A stretch of 64,000 nucleotides of DNA from Planctomycetota bacterium (GTDB lineage Bacteria > Planctomycetota > Phycisphaerae > Phycisphaerales > UBA1924), in contig JACTNA010000016.1 in the NCBI GenBank assembly GCA_014584315.1, positions 19,566-83,565 on the forward strand. Reading direction: 5' to 3'. How positions within the stretch are numbered: position 1 is the stretch's first letter; every line of letters starts with the position of its first letter. Below the pieces are notes generated by a model. It made no database searches. It was not told where the DNA came from and saw nothing but the letters and a program-made list of their open reading frames with translations. Made by a program: the position numbers and the translations under genes. Below are positions 30,676-39,366 of this stretch, piece after piece.

Positions 30676-32051
30676 GGCTCATCCTCCGTCGGTTCGTCGG
30701 CCGGATCGGTCGGGATGGCCGTCCCGACCAGCCGGTTGAGTTTCGCGAGCGCGATGGCGCGGTCGGCCCGCGCGCGCTCGGCCGACATGGCGAACTCCAG
30801 CAGTGTCCGCTCGGTGTCGAGCAGGTCCAGGAAACTCGTGTCGCCCGCCCGGAATCCGACCAGTGACGCGCGGAGCGACTCCTCCGCCTTCGGGATGAGC
30901 GTCCGCTCGTACAGCCCGACCCGCCTGTGCGCGTCCGTGTGCTCGAACCACGCCCTCGACACTTCCGCCGAGACGCGGTTCGCCTGCCCCTCACGCTCGT
31001 GGGAGATGGCGAGGCGTCGGGCCATCGCCTCCCGAACGGCGGCGTCGTACTTCTCTCGCCAGAGTGGGATGGTCATGCCGACGCGGAGCGTGACAGGATC
31101 GCCGTCGAGGCCGCCTCCCATCTCGTTCTCAAGGATGGTGTACTCGACGCCCGCGCCGAATCCGGGCAGGCCCTCCAGACGAGCGACGCCTTCGAGCCGA
31201 CGCTGCTCCTCGACCCGCTCGTCGAGCGCGAGCAGGTCGGCGTTCGCCCAGCGCGCCACGCCCGCAAGCCCCGCCGCACTCTCGCGAACCACGCGCCCGG
31301 GGAGCCGGCCGATGGCCCCGACCTCGGAGTCCGTGGGGCGGTTGAGCGCGGCGTTCAACTCAGCCACGAGCGCGGGGCGCGAAGCGAGCAGCGCCGCGAG
31401 CCGGTCCTCCAACTCGCCGAGTTCGACCTGCGCCCGGATCAACTCGGGATGCGAGCCCGTGCCCACCCGATACCTCGCGCGGATCACCTGTTCGAGCGAC
31501 GCGAGCAGGTCGAGTTTCTCCCGAGTGATCCCGATCGCCGCGTCCAGGAACGCCGTCTCGTGGACCGCGATCGTGACCCGCTCCGCGACGGCGAGCCTCG
31601 CCGACTCGAACTCGCGCCAGGCCGACACCGCCCCGCGCGCGGCCGCCGCCTCGCGTCGCTTCAGCGTGCCCGGCCACGGGAACTCCTGCATCGCCCCGAT
31701 CATCGCCTCGTCGCTGCGGAAGTCGTACTCGAAATCGGCGCGCGGGTCGGGGAGCGCGCGCACCTGCGGAAGGCGCTCCGCAGCTGCACGCCACGCCTGA
31801 TATGCGCGCTCCACCTCGGGGCTGTGAAACAACGCGTACCGCACGAAATCCTCCGGCGAGTCTGCCCCGCCGAGCGTGGGCGGTGCGTCCGCACCCACGG
31901 GGCGGTACGCCGACGCGGGTACGGCCTCACTCCCCGGCGGGCGCGTGCGTTCCCCGGGGTGACGGCGCGCGCGGGGCGGGTCGAGCGGCGAGGCGCACGC
32001 CGTCAGCAGCAGCGCCGTCGCAACGCCGAACGCGATGCATCGCGGTGCCAT
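30672..32051 (-). CDS. Outer-membrane efflux factor (TolC/CusC family lipoprotein)
   Basis: ATG 32049-32051 with AGGAG SD. Lipobox MAPRCIAFGVATALLLTAC. Two OEP-type helical repeats. GTGA overlap with the cusB start. Confidence 0.85.
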   Translation of the reverse strand: MAPRCIAFGVATALLLTACASPLDPPRARRHPGERTRPPGSEAVPASAYRPVGADAPPTLGGADSPEDFVRYALFHSPEVERAYQAWRAAAERLPQVRALPDPRADFEYDFRSDEAMIGAMQEFPWPGTLKRREAAAARGAVSAWREFESARLAVAERVTIAVHETAFLDAAIGITREKLDLLASLEQVIRARYRVGTGSHPELIRAQVELGELEDRLAALLASRPALVAELNAALNRPTDSEVGAIGRLPGRVVRESAAGLAGVARWANADLLALDERVEEQRRLEGVARLEGLPGFGAGVEYTILENEMGGGLDGDPVTLRVGMTIPLWREKYDAAVREAMARRLAISHEREGQANRVSAEVSRAWFEHTDAHRRVGLYERTLIPKAEESLRASLVGFRAGDTSFLDLLDTERTLLEFAMSAERARADRAIALAKLNRLVGTAIPTDPADEPTEDEP

Positions 32052-32159
32052 GGCAGGCTCCTGGACACGGAAAGATCGGGGTGGAGAATCGATGGTCAAC
32101 GATCACGCAGCGACGGGCGCGCCGCCACGAGCGCGCAGTGCTCCTGTCGGAGCGCTCCG

Positions 32160-32585
32160 CTACGTTCGCCAGACCCCCAGGAGGGCCTGCACGCCGTTGT
32201 GCCCCAGACGCTCCACGAGGGAACGCCCGATCGGCACACCGAACCGCGCCGCCACGCTGGACCGTTCCGCGTCCCGGACCACCACCGGACGCTGCGACGG
32301 CACGGCCGACCACTGGTCACGCTCCGGCGCGGGCCGCGGCGCTGGCGCGGGCTGTACCGGCTCGCGCGTCGGGTGAGCGACGCATTGGCACGGCCCGCCG
32401 CTCCGCCGGCAGTAGATCGTCTCGACGCTCTCTCCGCAGCACGAGACCTGCACGACGACCTCATGGCAGAGCGCGTCGCTCTCGCAACCCCCCCCGGTGC
32501 CCGGCAGCCCGCGGGTGACGCCGACCGCGGGCGAGAGACCCGCGAGTACCAGCGCCATCATGGCCAGCCATCGAGTCATGTTCAT
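32160..32585 (-). CDS. Small secreted Cys-rich protein (141 aa), first gene of the metal-efflux block
   Basis: Internal ATG 32583-32585 of ORF 32160..32807. Signal peptide MNMTRWLAMMALVLAGLSPAVG. Then GGGCESDALCHEVVVQVSCCGESVETIYCRRSGGPCQCVAHP (7 Cys, 2 His in 40 aa). Confidence 0.55.
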   Translation of the reverse strand: MNMTRWLAMMALVLAGLSPAVGVTRGLPGTGGGCESDALCHEVVVQVSCCGESVETIYCRRSGGPCQCVAHPTREPVQPAPAPRPAPERDQWSAVPSQRPVVVRDAERSSVAARFGVPIGRSLVERLGHNGVQALLGVWRT

Positions 32586-32712
32586 CCAGTCTATCGACCC
32601 GGCTGAGTCCCGGCAATAGCGGTACATCCGGCCTGTCCGTAGGTTGCCGCGCCGCCGGTTGCGGTTGCGGCCGCGGCGACTTCGCCGGGTGAGACGTGCC
32701 CCGACCCGCCAT

Positions 32713-34095
32713 TCAGCCGGATCGGCGCGCGGAGAGGCGTCGTTCCGCCCGGCCGACGGCGAGAAACGTGGCCGCCGAGCACGCCAGCGACGCCATGAAG
32801 GGGGCATCGATGGGCAGCAGGTAGTTGAAGACGATCGCGCTGGCGAGACCGACGGCGAGTGTGGCGACGGCCGCCCACAGGCCGCCGAACCCGGTGAGCA
32901 GGCCCATGACGCCGACGACGGCGATGCCGGCGGTGCCGAAGGAATCGCTCTGCATCACGAGGTCAAGGATGCTCGTGCCGCGGAGGGCGATGAGGCAGCA
33001 GGCGACGCCCGAGAGCACGACGACCACGCGTGCGGCGAGGAGCCTGCGGCGCTGGGTCATCATGCGCGCTGGGAGCAGGTCGTTCGAGACCAGCGCGCCG
33101 ATGGCGAGGATGGTGGAATCGACGGTCGAGAGCATCGCGGAGACCAGCGCGCCGACGAACACGACATACGCGACGGGATGGAGCAGTTCGCGGGCAGCGA
33201 CGGGGATGAACGAGTCCTGGGCCTCCTCGGAGAGGTCCAGTCCGAGGTGCGCGCCGAGCAGCCCGATGACGACGGGCACCGCGCCGAAGACGAGGTACAT
33301 GCCGCCGCCCATGAGCGCGGCGTTACGGGCGACAGCGGGCGTTCGGCAGGCGAGGACGCGCGAGGCGGTCTCCTGGACGATCAGCGCGCCGATGACGGGA
33401 ACGAGCCACGTATCGAGACGTGTCCAGATCGACTCGCCGGGCGGGACGAGCGCGAGTTGGCTCGGCTCGATCACCGCGGCGGCCTCGGAGGGGCCGCCGA
33501 ATCGCATGACCAGCGCGACCGCCATCGCGAGCACGCCGACGAGCACGATGGCGCCTTGCACGGCGTCGGTGATGACGTCGCCGAGCAGGCCGCCGAGGAG
33601 CGTGTAGGTGATGACGAGCGTGGCGGCGACGATGATGGCTCCGTCGACCGCGAGGGGCGTTTCGAAGGCGAGGACGTGCCCAAAAGCCTTGATCTGGGCC
33701 GCTCCCCAGATGAGCGAGGTCGGGATCATCACGAGAGCGGCGAGTCGTTCTGCGCCGGCGCCGTAGCGTGTGCGGAAGACCTCGGCGAGGGTTGCGCCGC
33801 CTGTCCTGCGCATGCGGGCGGCGAAGAAGAGGCCGAGGAGCAGGAGGCAGACGCCGTACCCGAGCGGGTCGGCCCTCCCGCCGGACAACCCATCGGCGGC
33901 GATGGAGGCGGACGCGCCCATGATGCTCTCGGCGGCGAACCAGGTGGCGAAGATCGAAAAGCCCGCGAGGCCGACGCCGAGGCGGCGGCCGGCGACGAGG
34001 TAGTCGTCGCCCGTGGCAACGCGACGCGAGGCCCAGACCCCGATGCCGAGTTGAACCGCGACAAAGGCGAGGATCGCCAGGGAGACGAGCGTCAT
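32713..34095 (-). CDS. Sodium:solute symporter (SSS) family transporter
   Basis: MTLVSLAILAFVAVQLGIGVWASRRVATGDDYLVAGRRLG...FATWFAAESIMG, a typical SSF N-terminus. Polytopic, 460 aa. Confidence 0.88.
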   Translation of the reverse strand: MTLVSLAILAFVAVQLGIGVWASRRVATGDDYLVAGRRLGVGLAGFSIFATWFAAESIMGASASIAADGLSGGRADPLGYGVCLLLLGLFFAARMRRTGGATLAEVFRTRYGAGAERLAALVMIPTSLIWGAAQIKAFGHVLAFETPLAVDGAIIVAATLVITYTLLGGLLGDVITDAVQGAIVLVGVLAMAVALVMRFGGPSEAAAVIEPSQLALVPPGESIWTRLDTWLVPVIGALIVQETASRVLACRTPAVARNAALMGGGMYLVFGAVPVVIGLLGAHLGLDLSEEAQDSFIPVAARELLHPVAYVVFVGALVSAMLSTVDSTILAIGALVSNDLLPARMMTQRRRLLAARVVVVLSGVACCLIALRGTSILDLVMQSDSFGTAGIAVVGVMGLLTGFGGLWAAVATLAVGLASAIVFNYLLPIDAPFMASLACSAATFLAVGRAERRLSARRSG

Positions 34096-34146
34096 AGGGC
34101 GCCGAGTATACGGTCCGGGAGTGCGGTGCGAGCCGCGCGCGGGCGG

Positions 34147-34186
34147 GAACGAAACGCCCCGCGTGCGGCGAGCCGGACGCGGGGCG
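34147..34186 (-). terminator. Rho-independent terminator downstream of the DUF1579 gene
   Basis: Perfect 10-bp stem CGCCCCGCGT (34155-34164) / ACGCGGGGCG (34177-34186) with a 12-nt loop. On the minus strand the stem is followed by TTTCGTT (34147-34154). Confidence 0.6.
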
Positions 34187-34233
34187 GCGTGCGATCGGGG
34201 TGCGTGAGGCGCCGGGGCGCGGAATCGACAGGC

Positions 34234-34923
34234 TCAGCGGGCCGAGCCGGAGATCGTGCGCGGGGCGGCGGCGGGGGCGCGGGTGTAGGCGATCTCCATC
34301 ATCTTGAACTCCTTGCCGGAGACGGGATCAGGCCCGAACATCTCGAGGGTCATGGAGTCCTTGCCGGTGCGGCGCTCGACCTCACGCATGATGGTGGGCT
34401 TCTTGGTGATCGGGCAGTTGTAGATGTACTTCCAGTTGAGCGTCTTGCCGTCCGAGTCCAGTTCGCCGCTTCCGGTCATCATGCCGGTGCCGAAGTTGTC
34501 GATCCAGGTTCCCTGGAACTTCTGCGAGACGTTGTCGAATCCGGCGATGCCGAAACCGTTGAACGCGCCCATGCCGGGCATCTCGCCGGTGGTCTCGCTC
34601 TTGACGAACCGCCCGTCCATGATCGAGGTGATGGTGGTGGTGCAGGTGCTCACGGCAGGTTCGGTGCCGGGCGCCATCCACATGGAGACCTTGCCGGTCC
34701 AGGTGCCGACGCCCTCCACGAGGTACTCGTGCATCTTGCCGGGCGTGGCGGCCTCGATGCAGGCCTGCATATCGGCCTCGCTCATCCCGCCGGGAACTGC
34801 CTGCTCGGGCTGCGCGGACGGCTTGATCGCCGCGGGCTTGCCGTTCTGCGTCGCCTGGCCGAGCGCGAACGAACACGACACCGCGATCACGCCGACGACC
34901 GTCACAAGTGACTTCGCGTTCAT
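34234..34923 (-). CDS. Secreted DUF1579-family protein
   Basis: GGAGG SD. Signal peptide MNAKSLVTVVGVIAVSCSFALG. HEYLVEGVGTWTGKVSMWM...MDGRFV...FGIAGFDNVSQKFQGTWIDN matches my memory of the DUF1579 pattern. Confidence 0.75.
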   Translation of the reverse strand: MNAKSLVTVVGVIAVSCSFALGQATQNGKPAAIKPSAQPEQAVPGGMSEADMQACIEAATPGKMHEYLVEGVGTWTGKVSMWMAPGTEPAVSTCTTTITSIMDGRFVKSETTGEMPGMGAFNGFGIAGFDNVSQKFQGTWIDNFGTGMMTGSGELDSDGKTLNWKYIYNCPITKKPTIMREVERRTGKDSMTLEMFGPDPVSGKEFKMMEIAYTRAPAAAPRTISGSAR

Positions 34924-35092
34924 CTGAACCTCCGGAACGAATGCTGTGTGGCGCGGCCGTCAACCCAACGCGGGTGCGGACGCCGTGGCATCAGGATAGC
35001 ACGACGAACCACGCCGGGTCGATCCCCAGAGGACCGCGGAATCGCCACGGTCGGTGTGCGTTCGCGGCTGACGATCGACGAACAGGCCGTGG

Positions 35093-38062
35093 CTAGGGGC
35101 AGCCGGCGGACCATGCGTTCAGGAAGGCGATGAAGTCGATGGTGTTGACGGTCCCGTCGCGGTTGAAGTCCGCCAGCGGGTCCGCGACGACGAATGCGTT
35201 GAGGAAGGTGACGACGTCAATGGTGTTGATGACCAGGTCGCCGTTGACGTCGGGGCTGCCGGGGCCGCCGGGGTGCGTGCCCGAGTCGGCCGGGTCGGTG
35301 CAGACGTCGAGTTCGTCGCGGTCGAGCCAGCCGTCGCGGTCGCGATCGATGCCGAGACGTGCGGCGGAGCCCGCGACGACGACGGTGAAGGTGATCTCCC
35401 CGCCTCCGGGCTGCGTGAAGGCCACGATGTCGCTCGTGGTGTGCTGTTGAACCGCACGATCGGACTGGAAGGCGCCCGCGCCGAGGTAGTGCCAGCCGCG
35501 CTGTTCGCCGGCGACGCGTCCTTTGGCGATCATGCCGATGCGGGGCGAGGCGTCCGAGAGCGCGAGCAGTTGTGTCAGGCGAATGATGGCGTTGCCGTCC
35601 CCGGGATCGGCGACGGTCACCTGCATGCCGACGGCGGCGTGCGTGTCGAGGCTCGGCGGGCCGGGCGGGACGAGCATGTTGTTGTTCGAGCCGGGCGGGA
35701 GGTCCGAGCCTGAGAGACAGAGCATGAAGGCGACGAGGTTGGCGATCTCCTGGTCGTTCTGCACGTTGAACGCCGGCTCGGCGATGAAGCGGGCGATGGA
35801 GTCGATGCTCCCGTCGTGCAGATACCCGAAGCCCGCGAGGCTCTCGGTCTGGGTCATCTCCATGCCGACTTTTTCGTGGAGGTTGCGCAGGTGGGGAATC
35901 TTGGTGGAACGGTTGGTGGTGCCGTCCACCGAGACGAGCGCGAGATGGCGTTCGCCGAGGGGTCCGGGCGGGATCTGCACGAACTGGTTGCCCTGCCACG
36001 TGACGTCCGGCCCCGCGCCGGTGGGGAGTGTGTGGCACGTCACGCAGGCGAACGCGCCCTGGTCGAGGCGGCGCGCGGTGGAGCGGTAGAGGTCGCGTCC
36101 GGCGACGGCGTTGCCGTTCGGCAGGGGCTGGCCGGCGGGCGCGAACCGGCCCGGCGTGTAGTGGCCCGGGAGCGGCAGGTTCGTCGGCAGCGTGTTGTCG
36201 GCGTTGCGGAAGGGATTGGGCGGGAACTGGACGGTCGCGAGGAAGTCCTCGAAGTCCTGCATCTGCTGCGGGGTCAGGGGCGCGTCCGCGCCGTTCAGCC
36301 CGACGAAGGCGGGGTTGAACTGCTCGATGCCGTCGCGGTCGCCGCGCCAGTGGTGCGGTTCGAGGCCGATGATGTGCTGGAGCGTCTGGGTCGTCATCGG
36401 CCCCTTCATCGGGTGGTGCGGGAGGAAGGGCAGCGGCGTGGTGGGCGGCGCAAGGCCGGTGATGCCCGCGCCGAGATTACGGTTCGTCAGCGGGTCGAGT
36501 TGGCCGGCGGGGTTGCCGAGGTCCCACGCGAGACGGTCGAGGCGCGCGTCGACGTGGCACGACGCGCACGAGGCCTGCCCGAGGCCGCTCGTGGCGTGCG
36601 TGTCGTAGAGGTGGACGCGACCGCGTCGAACGACGGGGGGGGTGGGATCGAAGAAGGGGACGCGGAGCAGCTCCGACTCCGCGACGAGGTCGACGACCGA
36701 GACCGTGCCCTCGAAGCGGTTGAGCACGTAGAGCACGCCGCGCGATTCGTCGATGGCGAGGCCGGCCGGACCCGCGCCGACGGGGATGGTCTCGGTCAGG
36801 CCCGCGCGGTTGCCGGCGGGGTCGATGACGATCAGGTTGTTCGAGCCCATGCCCGCGACATAGCCGAGCGAGCCGTCCGCGCGCCACACGATCGCGCGTG
36901 GATCGCCGATGGAGCGGACGCGCTCGACCATCGGGATGCGGTTCGTGGAGTAGTCCAGGTGCGGGTTGAGGTCGACGATCCACGGGTCGTCGGGCGCGGC
37001 CGGATCGACCAGGGCGGCGTGAACGCGGACGAACCGCCCGGCGACGTTCGGCTCGAACCGGACCTCGTTGATGGCGTCGGTGCCGATGACCGTGACAAGC
37101 CCGGTGGCCGGGTTCACGCCGACCGCCATGCACGCGTTCATCAGCCGACGGACGTACGACACCGAGAGTGAGTTCGCATCGATCACGGCGAGATCACGGT
37201 CGGGAACGTCCCAGCCGACCGGCCTGCCGGAGAGCGCGGCGGACGAGCCGGAGACGAAGTCGGTCCAGTCCGCCCCGTTGTCGTCGAGCCATCGGCCTTG
37301 GTCGTCCTTCTTGACGATGAGGCCAACGCCGGGGGGCGGCGGAAGGTTCGGGTTCAGGGGCGGCTCGAACCCGTTGCCCGAGTTCGGCGGCGGGTTCAGG
37401 CCTGCGTACGGGCCGCCCGGGTGATTCACGACGTTGGGCGGGAAGTTGATCGTTGTCTGGACTTCGATGCCGCCGCCGAGGAGGGTTGAGCCGTTGCCTG
37501 ACTCGAAGACGGCGACGTAGACCGTCGAGCCGTCGGGGCTGACGGCCATCGCACGCGGGTCCTCGCCGAGGATCGGCAGTTGCGCGAGTGGAGCGGAGGG
37601 ATTGGCGGGGTCGAAGACCTGCACGACGTTGACCTGCGAGCACGTCACGAACGCCCGCAGCGGCTGCCCCGCGAAGACCACGTCGTACGGCTCGTCGTCG
37701 GTGTCGATCGTGCGGACGACGGTCATGGTGTTGAGATCGACGATGCTGATGGAGTCGGAGACGTGGTTGACGACCCAGGCCTCGTCGGCAGTACGGGCGC
37801 GCACGGTGACAGGGTCGATGCCAACGGGGACGGAGCCGATCCAGGAAGGAGCCGGGCCGGTCGCGTCGAAGACCTCCAGCCGGGCGTCGGGGGTGTTGAC
37901 CACCAGGAGGAGCGAGCCATCGGGAGTGAGTTCGAGCGGGTGGCAGGGCGGGTTCTCCCAGTTGGGGAACCACGGGATGGCGCGGTCGGCCATCTGGCCG
38001 CACGACACGGATGCCACCACCCCCACTACCGCGGCACGCACAACGGTCCACACGATCGACAT
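35093..38062 (-). CDS. Secreted YVTN beta-propeller / di-heme cytochrome c peroxidase-like / GC-type dockerin-tail protein (989 aa)
   Basis: Internal ATG 38060-38062 (signal peptide MSIVWTVVRAAVVGVVASVSCG). YVTN-like repeats (DPRAMAVSPDGSTVYVA, GAGPAGLAIDESRGVLYVLN). Two CxxCH motifs (CASCH, CVTCH). C-terminus DVNGDLVINTIDVVTFLNAF...DFNRDGTVNTIDFIAFLNAWSAGCP. Confidence 0.85.
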   Translation of the reverse strand: MSIVWTVVRAAVVGVVASVSCGQMADRAIPWFPNWENPPCHPLELTPDGSLLLVVNTPDARLEVFDATGPAPSWIGSVPVGIDPVTVRARTADEAWVVNHVSDSISIVDLNTMTVVRTIDTDDEPYDVVFAGQPLRAFVTCSQVNVVQVFDPANPSAPLAQLPILGEDPRAMAVSPDGSTVYVAVFESGNGSTLLGGGIEVQTTINFPPNVVNHPGGPYAGLNPPPNSGNGFEPPLNPNLPPPPGVGLIVKKDDQGRWLDDNGADWTDFVSGSSAALSGRPVGWDVPDRDLAVIDANSLSVSYVRRLMNACMAVGVNPATGLVTVIGTDAINEVRFEPNVAGRFVRVHAALVDPAAPDDPWIVDLNPHLDYSTNRIPMVERVRSIGDPRAIVWRADGSLGYVAGMGSNNLIVIDPAGNRAGLTETIPVGAGPAGLAIDESRGVLYVLNRFEGTVSVVDLVAESELLRVPFFDPTPPVVRRGRVHLYDTHATSGLGQASCASCHVDARLDRLAWDLGNPAGQLDPLTNRNLGAGITGLAPPTTPLPFLPHHPMKGPMTTQTLQHIIGLEPHHWRGDRDGIEQFNPAFVGLNGADAPLTPQQMQDFEDFLATVQFPPNPFRNADNTLPTNLPLPGHYTPGRFAPAGQPLPNGNAVAGRDLYRSTARRLDQGAFACVTCHTLPTGAGPDVTWQGNQFVQIPPGPLGERHLALVSVDGTTNRSTKIPHLRNLHEKVGMEMTQTESLAGFGYLHDGSIDSIARFIAEPAFNVQNDQEIANLVAFMLCLSGSDLPPGSNNNMLVPPGPPSLDTHAAVGMQVTVADPGDGNAIIRLTQLLALSDASPRIGMIAKGRVAGEQRGWHYLGAGAFQSDRAVQQHTTSDIVAFTQPGGGEITFTVVVAGSAARLGIDRDRDGWLDRDELDVCTDPADSGTHPGGPGSPDVNGDLVINTIDVVTFLNAFVVADPLADFNRDGTVNTIDFIAFLNAWSAGCP

Positions 38063-38201
38063 CGCTTTCGCCCTCCGAAGACCGAACAGACCGCCCGAAC
38101 GCGGGCGGGGGCCCACACAATAACGCACCAAGGCGGCGGCGCATACATCGGTGCCCGAGAATTGGGAACACGAAGGATGTCGGCTCTGGTAGGCTGAGCG
38201 C

Positions 38202-38525
38202 ATGACCGACGACCCCGCCCCCATTGCCCCGGTCCGGGTTCTTCAGTTGTACTTCCGGGTTCGTCCGCCGTGGAAACTGGCGGCGGACGGGGTGCTGTGC
38301 TTCGTCGCCTACGGCGTGTTCTCGCACCTGTGGGTCGCGTTCTCCGACGCGGCCACGTTCGACGACCGGGCGAGGCCGTCGGCGAATCTGCTCGCCGCGC
38401 TGACCAGGCGGGCGACGGTGATGCAGTCGATCGCCAGTGTGATCTATTACCTCGGCCCCGCGCTGTTCTTGTGGGCGGGCGTGCGGCTGATCGCTGAAGC
38501 GCTGCGGCCTCGCGAGTCGGACTGA
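38202..38525 (+). CDS. Small membrane protein, hypothetical (107 aa)
   Basis: ATG start and high GC3. Two hydrophobic segments (GVLCFVAYGVFSHLWVAF; IASVIYYLGPALFLWAGV). Confidence 0.5.
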   Translation: MTDDPAPIAPVRVLQLYFRVRPPWKLAADGVLCFVAYGVFSHLWVAFSDAATFDDRARPSANLLAALTRRATVMQSIASVIYYLGPALFLWAGVRLIAEALRPRESD

Positions 38526-38537
38526 TCCGCTTGGCGG

Positions 38538-39263
38538 CTATGGGCGGCAGCAGCAGGCCCCGGCCCCTTCGTCGCGGCCGAGTCGCTCGCGGACGCGCGG
38601 GAAGAGGATGTTGTTCTCCTTGTGGACGTGGCGGTGCATGTCGGCTTCAAGCGTGCGGAGACCTTCGAGCAAGGCGCGGAAGGTGCCGCAGGCGTCCATC
38701 GGGACAGCGTAGCCGTTCGTGAGTTCGCGCATGCGCTCGAGGGCGCGGCCGGCGTCGTCGTGTTCCTGCTCCATCACGGCGATCGGCGCGCCGATGCCGC
38801 GGATGGTCTGACCGGCTTCGACGGCGCGGATCGCGGGGAAGAGGATCTGCTCTTCCTTCATCATGTGGGCGTTGAGTTCGGCGGCGAAGGACTTGAAGAC
38901 GTCGGCGACTTCGTGCATCTCGGGTCGGCGATCGCCGTGGGCCTTCACGACACGATCGATTCGCCCGGCAAGCGCGGGCAACTCGCGTCGCAGGTACTCG
39001 TGGTGGGTGGCCTCGATGTGGTCGCAGAGGTCGCTGAGGGTCGCGGTCCTCCAGTCGCGCTCTTCGGCGGTAGGTTCAGAGGCCGCCTGCTCCAGGTCGG
39101 CGAGTACCTCGTCCAGGTCGAGGCCCTTGCGCTCGACGGCCTCCTCGAGCGTCTTGCGGCCGCCGCAGCAGTAGTCGATGCCGAATCCTTCGAGCGCGGT
39201 GGCGACGGCGGGGAAGCGGGCGACGATCTCGCCCACGGTCATGGTTTGGTTGACGGTGCTCAT
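38538..39263 (-). CDS. ytfE: Iron-sulfur cluster repair di-iron protein (RIC/YtfE/ScdA family)
   Basis: ATG 39261-39263 with AGGAGG SD. MTVGEIVARFPAVATALEGFGIDYCCGGRKTLEEA (ScdA_N motif). Hemerythrin-like H/E motifs (IEATHHEYLRREL, MEQEHDDAG, HVHKENNILFP). Confidence 0.88.
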   Translation of the reverse strand: MSTVNQTMTVGEIVARFPAVATALEGFGIDYCCGGRKTLEEAVERKGLDLDEVLADLEQAASEPTAEERDWRTATLSDLCDHIEATHHEYLRRELPALAGRIDRVVKAHGDRRPEMHEVADVFKSFAAELNAHMMKEEQILFPAIRAVEAGQTIRGIGAPIAVMEQEHDDAGRALERMRELTNGYAVPMDACGTFRALLEGLRTLEADMHRHVHKENNILFPRVRERLGRDEGAGACCCRP

Positions 39264-39366
39264 GCGGCCTCCTTGGTGCTGGAGAATACTGTATAATCGG
39301 ATACGCAACTCGTCAATAGAGCCGGGCTGAGTATCGCGGAAGCCGTTCGGTCGGTATCCTGTTCGG
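39264..39366. promoter_or_regulatory. Divergent ytfE/recQ intergenic region with promoter-like TATAAT
   Basis: Locally AT-richer stretch GGAGAATACTGTATAATCGGATACGC. TATAAT at 39292-39297 on the + strand, about 70 nt upstream of the recQ start. ATACTGTAT is a 9-nt palindrome. Confidence 0.3.

Noticed and set aside
39285-39304. LexA (SOS) box upstream of recQ
   Set aside because: Only the left arm (TACTGTATA) matches the E. coli-type consensus. The right arm is CGGATACGC, not ATACAGTA. Planctomycete LexA motifs are not known to me.
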